Source of the DNA: an uncultured Bacteroidia bacterium
GTDB taxonomy: Bacteria > Bacteroidota > Bacteroidia > Bacteroidales > ML635J-15
DNA length: 62,982 nucleotides
NCBI GenBank assembly: GCA_902790405.1
Contig: CADARW010000006.1
Span: 1 to 62,982, forward strand
Direction: 5' to 3'
The position numbers and the translations under genes are program-made. Below, piece by piece: positions 54,683-62,982 of the stretch; within the stretch, counting starts at the first letter, position 1, and every line of letters begins with the position of its first letter. The notes under the pieces were generated by a model. That model saw only the letters and a program-made list of their open reading frames with translations, did not search any database and was not told the DNA's origin.

Positions 54683-57600
54683 ATGGCGTGCATATTTTTT
54701 ATGCTTGCCACGTTGCCAGCATTGAATTTGTCGGCACAGTCGCTGATAAGCCTGAAAAATCTGTCGGTGCAGGGCGATACACTGGTGCTCGACTCGATGA
54801 GCGTGGTGCAAAGTTCCATAAAATTCGTAGATGCCGACGGAAATCCTGTTGACGCAAAATACCATTTCGACTTCGAAACCTCGACCATAGTGTTCGACGA
54901 GAAGCCACCCGCAGGAACAAAAGTCAGCTTCAAGACCTTCCCCGTAAACTTTTCGAAGCCGGCACAGAAATTCGACCGTAGCAAGTATATGCTTTCCGAC
55001 CATGAGCACGAACGCACAGGCTACGATCTTATTCTTACCAAGGAAAACTACGACGACTTCTTCTCGCAGACCGAACTTTCGCGCAAGGGAAGCATTTCGC
55101 GTGGCGTGAGCTTCGGGAACAGCCAGAATGTGATTATGAACTCAAACCTCGACCTGCAACTCGACGGACGAATCGGTGACAACCTTTTCATTTCGGCGGT
55201 CATAAGCGACAACAACATCCCCATCCAGCCCGACGGCAACTCGCAGAACCTGCAGGAGTTCGACAAGGTTTTCATCAAGATTTACAATTCCAAGTTTGCG
55301 CTTATTGCAGGCGATTTCGAGCAGAAAAAACCGCAGGGATATTTCCTCAACTACTACAAGAAGTCGCAGGGCATTCACCTTTCGGGCAAAAAGACTTTCG
55401 AGACGGCAAAGCATAATGCTGGCGAACTGAACGCTTCGTTAGGTGCGGCGGTTGCCAAGGGCAAGTATCACAAGATGCAGATTTCGGGCGTGGAGGGTAA
55501 CCAAGGTCCGTACCGGCTTACTGGTGCCAACAACGAGGCGTATGTGGTGGTACTCGCTGGAACCGAAAAGGTTTACATCGACGGAATCCTGATGTCGCGC
55601 GGAAGCGACCGCGACTATGTCATCGACTACAACCTCGGCGAGATTACCTTCACGGCGCACCAGCCCATCAACAAGGACAAGCGCATTATCGTAGAATTTG
55701 AGTACACCGACCAGAACTATACGCGATTCCTCGTCACCTCGTCAAATAGCTTGAAAATCGACAACACCGAGGTCTGGCTCAACCTCTACCACGAAGGCGA
55801 CAGCAAGAACCAGCCCATCAATATGGACCTCCGCGATTCCGACAAGCGACTGATGGCAGGCATCGGCGACAACCTCGACCAAGCCATTATCCTACAAGGT
55901 TGTCGATACCATTGTCGATGGCGTGCAGTACGATTCGGTTTTCGTGTATAGCACCAATCCGCAGGAAGCTTTCTACAGGGTTTCGTTTTCGCTTGTGGGC
56001 GAAAATAAGGGCGACTATGTGCGCGGAGTGTCGTCGGCAAACGGCAGGGTCTATGAGTGGGTTGCACCGGTAAATGGTGTTCCACAAGGAAACTATATTC
56101 CTTATACAAAGATAGTTGCACCGCAGAAAAAACAGATGGCGACATTCGGGGCAAAGTCGAAGTTCGGAGAAAAGACAAGCGCATCGGTTGAAGTCGCTCT
56201 ATCGAGCAACGACCGCAACACCTTTTCGAAACTCGACCGTGGCGACAATTTTGGCGTTGCAGTGAAAACAACAGCCGAGCAATACATTGTGAAAACCGAG
56301 AAGAACAGCCTCAGTTTCGATGTGAACTATGAATTTCTGAACCGTAACTTCGAAGCCGTAGAGTATTTTCGCGAAACTGAATTCACAAGAGACTGGAACA
56401 TAGGTTCTTACTATGCCGATTCGCACTGCGAGAATGTTGCTGGCGGACATATCCGATATGCCAACCGAAAGCATGGAAATTCTCTCTACACAACCTCGTA
56501 CATAAACCGTGGCGTGGAATATTCGGGTTGGAAAAACGATTTTTCGTCCGATTATAGGCTTGGAACATGGCGAATTTCGGGAAATGCTTCGTTGCTTGCA
56601 AGTGCCGACTCGCTCAACAAAACCCAGTTTTTGCGACATAAGCTCGATATTTCCAAGACCTTTGGCAAAATAATAATAGGTGCCCGCGAAGAAGGCGAGC
56701 GCAATGTTTGGCACAATACCGAAGGCAACTTGCTGGCAAACAGCTATTCGTACAGTCAGTACGAAGGATTTGCCGGCACATCCGACTCGGCACGACAGAA
56801 GTTTACGTTGTCGTACAAGTTCCGCAACGACCGCAAGCAGAGCCTCGACATACTGAAGGATGCCACCCGCGCACATGACTTTTCGCTGTCGTCGGAAGTT
56901 GGCGGAAAGAACAACCACCGCCTGAAAGCGACCATCAACTACCGTCTGCTACAGGTGCGCGACACTCTGCTCTATACAGCCGAACCCGAAGACAACCTCA
57001 CAGGCAAGCTCGAATACAACTTTAAGCTGTGGAAAGGCGCGATAACTTCATCTACTTTGTACGAAATAGGTTCGGGCTTGGAAAACAAGATTGAATACAC
57101 CTACATCGAAGTTGCTCCAGGTCAGGGCGTTTACACTTGGACCGACTACAATGGCAACGGAGTGCAGGAACTTGACGAGTTCGAGGTCGCATTCTTTGCC
57201 GACCAGGCCAACTTCATCCGCGTGCAGATGCCATCCACAGAATATATAAAGGTGTATGCCAACAAGTTCAACCAGAGCCTCAACATAAATCCTGCAGTGC
57301 GCTGGAAGTCGAAGAAAGGTTTTCTCAAGTTCCTTAGCCGCTTCTCCGACCAGTTTGCATATAGCATTTCGCAGAAAAACACCTCGGACAAGATAGCAGA
57401 ATTTGCAAATCCGTTTGCGCAGAACATCAGTCTCGACGAACTTGTCTCGATGAACTCGACCATCCGCAACAGCCTGTCGTTCAACCGAGGAAAACCAAAG
57501 TTCGGCATCGACTACATTGTGCAGTCGGTGAAGGGCAAGAGTCTGCTAACCACTGGTTTCGACTCGCGTACAAATTTCACACAGAATATTCTTATTAGGT

Positions 57601-58091
57601 ACAACATTTCTCCCAAGGTGGGAATGCAGAACTCGACAATTTTCGGCAAGAAAGGTTACGAATCTCAGTTTTTCACCGCCAAGGATTACAAAATCGCTAG
57701 CCTCAAGGACGATTTCCAGTTCAATGTACAACCCAACATCAACAACCGCATTTCGCTAACCTACAATTTCGAGCAGAAGGAAAACACATCGGGCGCCGAA
57801 AAACTTACCAGCAACAATGTCGGCCTTGAGTACCGCCTCAATTCGGTGAAAAAAGGTTCGCTCAATGCAAATTTCAACTTTATATATTATAAGTATGCCA
57901 GCAGTGGCAATTCTGCCATCGACTACGAGATGTTACAAGGATTGCAGCCGGGCATGAATTTCACTTGGGGAGTAAATTTCCAGCGTCAGCTAGCCAACGG
58001 ATTGCAAATCAACCTTTCGTACAATGGTCGCAAGAGCGAAGCTTCGCCGGTGATACATACGGCAAGTGTGGAAGTGAGAGCGTATTTTTAG
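54683..58091 (+). pseudogene. ~1135-aa conserved outer-membrane (beta-barrel-type) protein gene, interrupted by one +1 frame change near 55885-55895
   Basis: ORFs 54629..55951 (start trimmed to MACIFFMLATLPALNLSAQS at 54683) and 55923..58091 overlap. The second frame is open from 55854, and both halves read as one protein (..GDNLDQAII / YKVVDTIVDGVQYDSVFVY..). The C-terminus ...SVEVRAYF ends in an aromatic residue, as in OM barrels. This could also be a sequencing error. Confidence 0.6.
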
Positions 58092-58900
58092 GCTAAAGCC
58101 GTTTCTATGGCTTCGCCGTTTCTGTGCCTTCGGCGTTTCAAGGTTTCAATGGCTGACGCCGTTTCTGTGCCTTCTGCATTTCAAGGTTTCAATGGCTACG
58201 CCGTTTCTGTGCCTTCTGCGTTTCAAGGTTTCAATGGCTACGCCGTTTCAATGCCTTCGGCGTTTGAAATTGTTTAACTTCGTTGAGGGCTGCGCCGTTC
58301 AATGCCTTCGGCGTTTATCGCTGACGCTGTTTCAATGGGCTGCGCCCGTTTCTGGGTTTCAATGGCTACGCCGTTTGAGTTGCATTATCTGTCTCCTGTC
58401 CCGTTAGGGACAATGCTTCGGTAGGATAAAATCCGACCGGAGCAGGCGTGCCGTTAGGTACGCAGCTAGTCAACCGTTTTGCAGTATTGATACAGATATT
58501 CCAAGCATAGTGTTTGAGTGGCAAAAGCCGTTTAACTTCGTTGAGCTAAAGGTTGGCTTACGCCGAGCTAAATGTTAACTTCGTTGAGGGCTGCGCCGTT
58601 CAAGGTTTCAGTGGCTACGCCGTTTCAATGCTTCGCGTTTCTATGTGCTTCGCACGTTTGAATGGCTTCGCCGTTTCTGTGGCTACGCCGTTTCTATGTG
58701 CTACGCCCGTTTCTAGGTTTCTATGCCTTCGCCGTTTGAATGGCTACGCCGTTTCTCGCTTCGCCGTTTCTAAAAAAGCGGAATGTCATGCTGAACTTGT
58801 TTCAGCATCTGATTCCGCTTTTTTTAACTTCGTTGAGGGCTACTTGTACTGAGCACAGTCGAAGTACGCCGTTCAATGGCTTCGCCGTTTCTGTATTAAA
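58090..58900 (+). repeat. GTTTC-phased mini-hairpin repeat array C (largest copy, ~0.8 kb, all in forward orientation)
   Basis: The array starts at the stop codon of the OM protein gene. It has three 42/43-bp tandem units (58123-58165, 58166-58207, 58208-58249). Four TTAACTTCGTTGAG words lie at 58274, 58532, 58575 and 58824. There are dozens of GGC-NNN-GCC + GTTTC units, a non-repeat island at 58381-58520, and an embedded terminator hairpin. Confidence 0.9.
58772..58825. terminator. long bidirectional terminator-like hairpin embedded in array C
   Basis: AAAAAAGCGGAAT-GTC-ATGCTGAA-CTTGT-TTCAGCAT-CTG-ATTCCGCTTTTTT, with an A-tract before it and a T-tract after it. Confidence 0.65.
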
Positions 58901-59135
58901 GGGTTCAACGATTCGATGCTGAGCTGTGCTGTGGATTTTATATCTACCGAATGTTTTTAGGTATCATTGTCCTTTTATTTGTTCCAATGTGCAATAAATT
59001 GCCCATATTATCAGCATGTTGAAAAATAAAAATTCAAAAAAAAGTTTGCATGTATTGAAAACTTTATTAAACTTGCAGTTCGAATTAATTTCAAAAAAGA
59101 AAAGCAAACTTATTATTAATTTAAATTTAAATGTT

Positions 59136-60527
59136 ATGAAGAAATTTTACATGATTTTGGCTGCCTTATTAATAGGTAGTGTGTGCTTTGCACAGAAAAC
59201 TGTGACATTGACAGAAAAGACATTGCCTTCACAAAGCAATCAAACAAGAGAAACAGGTTGGTATGGAGAATCTGTACTAGCATCTTATCAAGACCTGACA
59301 GCAGGGGGATACTTTATTATCAGACCTGAAACCTATCAAGGTGCAACAACGTCTGGAGAACAAGTTGAAAAAATCAAATTTTATGTTGTTAGTCCATCTT
59401 TGTTACAAGGTGATGACGCAACCACTTATGCTTCATACACAAACCTCAGTTTTACTATTAAGATTTATGAAGGGTCTGCTATGAATGCTGATTTATTGGA
59501 TATAGATGCTGGATATACCGAAGATAATGATGCAGTACTTGGCACATTGGTGCGCACTATTCCATATACTGCTACTCAAGCTGGTGAACAGGTTGTTGAA
59601 TTGTCAGAACCTTATACAATTGGCTCCTCTAATTATTGGATAACTTTGGAAAGTAACGGAAATTCTCTGATTGGTGTTAACTACACACAAATCTCAAATA
59701 CTGTTACTCCTGAAGAATATCAAGGTGGCACTGAACCAGAATATACTATATCTGATTATAGCGGAGCTCATTATCTATTGTATGAAGTTGATCAATATCT
59801 TGACATTGACGTTCCTCTGGCTTTGCTTTATACAGATGATACACATAACGCAATTGCATACTTTTTCACTAATGCATATTTTCAGATATATGTACAGGGT
59901 GCAGGTGAATTCGTTCCGAATTCAGACGTCGCAGCTGTCTTCGCAGATGCAAATCCTCCCACAGGTTTAGCTCCTACAAGTATGACTTTGGACTTAAATG
60001 ATAATTTGGTATTGTATCCATTTGTAATGAATATGGGACCAGATGCAACTGATGGTACAATTACAGCTTCAATAACAATAGATGATGAAGTTATAGCTTC
60101 TTTGCCAATAACTCAATCCGTGCCATCTCAAAATGGTTTAGCACTTACTCAGCAGGGTCAGAACTCATTTACAATACCAGCAGCAAATTTGCCAACAACA
60201 AATTTCAATGTATGTTTAGTTGTAGAATATTCAGGTGCTGGTGATAATGCAAATAACAACACAACATGCATTGCTGTAACAAGACCGACCACAGTTGAAG
60301 AAAACGTAGCAGAAGCAGTTTCTGTATATCCTAACCCAGCAAACGACATGTTCACCGTTGCTAACGCAGAAGGTGCTACTATCGTAGTTGTTAACTCGCT
60401 CGGTCAGGTTGTTGCTACTATCGAAAATGCAGCTTCGAACCAAACTATCGACGCTAGCAACTTCGCAAACGGAACCTACTTCGTAAAGGTTAACGAAGAA
60501 GTTGTAAGAATCAACGTTGTAAAGTAA
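59136..60527 (+). CDS. T9SS-secreted hypothetical protein (463 aa)
   Basis: Trimmed to the ATG at 59136 (MKKFYMILAALLIGSVCFAQ). The C-terminal VSVYPNPANDMFTV...GTYFVKV...INVVK is a type-A T9SS CTD. The passenger region has no recognisable family. Confidence 0.8.
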   Translation: MKKFYMILAALLIGSVCFAQKTVTLTEKTLPSQSNQTRETGWYGESVLASYQDLTAGGYFIIRPETYQGATTSGEQVEKIKFYVVSPSLLQGDDATTYASYTNLSFTIKIYEGSAMNADLLDIDAGYTEDNDAVLGTLVRTIPYTATQAGEQVVELSEPYTIGSSNYWITLESNGNSLIGVNYTQISNTVTPEEYQGGTEPEYTISDYSGAHYLLYEVDQYLDIDVPLALLYTDDTHNAIAYFFTNAYFQIYVQGAGEFVPNSDVAAVFADANPPTGLAPTSMTLDLNDNLVLYPFVMNMGPDATDGTITASITIDDEVIASLPITQSVPSQNGLALTQQGQNSFTIPAANLPTTNFNVCLVVEYSGAGDNANNNTTCIAVTRPTTVEENVAEAVSVYPNPANDMFTVANAEGATIVVVNSLGQVVATIENAASNQTIDASNFANGTYFVKVNEEVVRINVVK

Positions 60528-60551
60528 TCTTACATAAACGATAAAATTTAT

Positions 60552-60578
60552 AGCCTCGCCTCGTGCGGGGCTTTTTTG
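60552..60578 (+). terminator. intrinsic terminator
   Basis: AGCCTCGC-CTCGT-GCGGGGCT followed by T6. Confidence 0.7.
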
Positions 60579-60745
60579 TATTATGCCTCAACTTCCGTTA
60601 ACATTCCTGTGTTAAAAAAAAGTCTCACAAAACCCTGCTATATAACATTTTATACGAAACTTTTATTTATTTTTGCAATGGTCGGAAGACTATTGATTTT
60701 TTTATGTTTTAACACAAATAGCTAACAACTAAAATATTACGATTT

Positions 60746-61447
60746 ATGATTTATTCACACGAAGTGCAACATCAGTGTTGCGTGAAAAAAGGTCCTAACC
60801 ATGGTCCAGCGCCTATCCCCGAAGAAGGCAAATGGGTAAAGGTGAAGGAAGTAAAAGATATATCGGGTTTGACACACGGCATCGGCTGGTGTGCACCGCA
60901 GCAGGGAGCATGCAAACTTACGCTCAATGTAAAGGAAGGTATTATCGAGGAAGCATTGGTTGAAACTATCGGATGCTCGGGAATGACTCACTCGGCAGCT
61001 ATGGCTGGCGAAATCCTTGTCGGAAAGACTTTGCTCGAAGCTCTCAACACCGACCTCGTATGCGATGCCATCAATACCGCAATGCGCGAACTTTTCCTGC
61101 AGATTGTCTATGGTCGTACCCAGTCGGCTTTCTCCGAAGGCGGTCTTGTTATAGGTGCCGGTCTCGAAGACTTGGGCAAGGGCCTTCGTTCGCAGGTGGC
61201 AACTATGTTTGCAACCAAAGCAAAAGGCGTTCGCTACCTCGAAATGGCCGAAGGCTATGTAACTAAGATAGCTCTCGACGAAGACGATGAGGTTTGCGGT
61301 TACGAATTTGTTCGCCTCGGCGTTATGATGGACCTTATAAAGAAGGGTACCGATGCAAACGAAGCTCTCAAGAAGGCAACTGCAAGTTATGGTCGTTTCT
61401 CAAAGGAACAGGGCGCAGTGAAATTCATCGATCCTAGAATTGAATAA
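60746..61447 (+). CDS. NifU/IscU-N-like iron-sulfur cluster scaffold domain protein (partner of the GGGtGRT protein)
   Basis: 233 aa. GWCAPQQGACKLTLNVKEGIIEEALVETIGCSGMTHSAAMAGEILVGKTLLEAL resembles the IscU/NifU N-terminal scaffold fold, with Cys-rich sites. Confidence 0.7.
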   Translation: MIYSHEVQHQCCVKKGPNHGPAPIPEEGKWVKVKEVKDISGLTHGIGWCAPQQGACKLTLNVKEGIIEEALVETIGCSGMTHSAAMAGEILVGKTLLEALNTDLVCDAINTAMRELFLQIVYGRTQSAFSEGGLVIGAGLEDLGKGLRSQVATMFATKAKGVRYLEMAEGYVTKIALDEDDEVCGYEFVRLGVMMDLIKKGTDANEALKKATASYGRFSKEQGAVKFIDPRIE

Positions 61448-61471
61448 TAAACCTATAAATGATTATCAGCT

Positions 61472-62482
61472 ATGATACGAGATATAAAATTTGAAAGTCA
61501 AGAACGCCGCATGGAGAACATCACTAAAGTTCTCAATTCATACGGCATAGCTTCTATTGAAGAAGCAAACAAGATATGCGACCAGCACGGAATCGACCCC
61601 TACCTCGAATGCGAACAGACACAGAACATCTGTTTCGAAAATGCAAAGTGGGCTTACGTTGTTGGTGCTGCAATAGCAATAAAGAAGGGTTGCAAGACAG
61701 CTGCCGAAGCAGCCGAGGCAATTGGCGAAGGCCTGCAGGCATTCTGCATCAAGGGTTCTGTTGCCGACGACCGCAAAGTTGGTCGCGGACACGGTAACTT
61801 GGCTGCCCGTCTGCTGAGCGAAGAAACACAGTGCTTCGCTTTCCTCGCAGGTCACGAATCTTTCGCAGCCGCCGAAGGTGCAATCAAGATTGCCGAAATG
61901 GCAAACAAAGTTCGCAAGAATCCGCTTCGCGTTATCCTCAACGGACTTGGCAAGGATGCTGCCATGATAATTTCACGCATCAACGGTTTCACATACGTGC
62001 AGACCGAGTTCGACTACTACACTGGCGAACTTAAGGAAGTACGTCGCAAGGCTTACTCCAACGGACCACGTGCAAAGGTCAACTGCTATGGTGCCGACGA
62101 TGTTCGCGAAGGCGTTGCTATAATGTGGAAGGAAGACGTTGATGTGTCGATTACTGGTAACTCGACCAATCCGACACGTTTCCAGCATCCTGTTGCAGGA
62201 ACATACAAGAAGGAAAGAATACTTGCAGGTAAGAATTATTTCTCAGTAGCTTCGGGTGGCGGAACTGGTCGTACATTGCATCCCGACAACATGGCAGCAG
62301 GTCCGGCTTCGTACGGCATGACCGATACCATGGGACGTATGCACTCCGATGCTCAGTTTGCAGGTTCGTCATCGGTTCCGGCACATGTCGAGATGATGGG
62401 ATTCCTTGGAATGGGCAACAACCCGATGGTTGGTGCAACAGTCGCCGTAGCTGTTTCGGTCGAGGAAGCAATGAAGAAGTAA
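61472..62482 (+). CDS. GGGtGRT family protein (function unknown)
   Basis: 336 aa and contains the eponymous SGGGTGRTLHP motif. The family name is recalled from NCBI protein family naming. Confidence 0.8.
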   Translation: MIRDIKFESQERRMENITKVLNSYGIASIEEANKICDQHGIDPYLECEQTQNICFENAKWAYVVGAAIAIKKGCKTAAEAAEAIGEGLQAFCIKGSVADDRKVGRGHGNLAARLLSEETQCFAFLAGHESFAAAEGAIKIAEMANKVRKNPLRVILNGLGKDAAMIISRINGFTYVQTEFDYYTGELKEVRRKAYSNGPRAKVNCYGADDVREGVAIMWKEDVDVSITGNSTNPTRFQHPVAGTYKKERILAGKNYFSVASGGGTGRTLHPDNMAAGPASYGMTDTMGRMHSDAQFAGSSSVPAHVEMMGFLGMGNNPMVGATVAVAVSVEEAMKK

Positions 62483-62504
62483 GATTATGATCATTTACAA
62501 TAAG

Positions 62505-62537
62505 GCACTGACTATTATTTAGTCGGTGCTTTTTTTG
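62505..62537 (+). terminator. intrinsic terminator
   Basis: GCACTGACT-ATTATTT-AGTCGGTGC (one G-U pair) followed by T7. Confidence 0.7.
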
Positions 62538-62583
62538 TCTATCTAACCTAAAATCGACTATAAGTTCAACGAAGGTAATCTAA

Positions 62584-62982
<399 letters not shown>

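Noticed and set aside
58192-58852. ORFs 58192-58407 and 58553-58852 (MATPFLCLLRFKVSMATPF..., ...GYAVSRFAVS...).
   Set aside because: They simply translate the GTTTC mini-hairpin repeat array. The periodic peptide is a by-product of the DNA repeat, and no promoter box or sensible start context is present.

Overview
This 62,982-bp window is chromosomal DNA from a Bacteroidota (Bacteroidales-like) genome. Bacteroides-type TAnnTTTG -7 boxes sit 20-45 nt upstream of most genes, three proteins end in type-A T9SS C-terminal sorting domains, and many genes are coupled by ATGA or short overlaps. About two thirds is housekeeping: pckA, a split-transketolase N subunit, bactofilin/AtpZ, dksA-like, kbl, atpBEFHAG, tRNA-Ser(GCU), tRNA-Pro(CGG), rfbACD, recN, coaBC, rpoZ, bamD, a lolD-like ATPase, rsmE, ribE and tgt. 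The rest is accessory. (1) The best candidate for a new system is a ~2.8-kb insertion between kbl and the atp operon. It is bracketed by a duplicated terminator and by a nested 40-bp direct repeat. It carries a wHTH protein overlapping an AbiEii-like nucleotidyltransferase fused to a complete calcineurin-type metallophosphoesterase. (2) A dispersed family of degenerate GTTTC-phased mini-hairpin repeat arrays occupies about 1.3 kb in three intergenic regions (7.0-7.3 kb, 53.3-53.5 kb, 58.1-58.9 kb). (3) A multi-PAS histidine kinase is coupled to a beta-propeller/Y_Y_Y-TM-class III cyclase-HD fusion. (4) There are three T9SS cargo proteins, including an 1828-aa M14 peptidase with 3 x 450-bp tandem repeats and a 1444-aa DUF1566-headed adhesin. 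(5) A large outer-membrane protein gene is broken by a single frameshift. (6) A NifU-like / GGGtGRT gene pair has no known function. No rRNA, CRISPR array, integrase or transposase gene was seen. All calls rest on reading the sequence and the ORF track and on recalled family signatures; no searches or computations were run.
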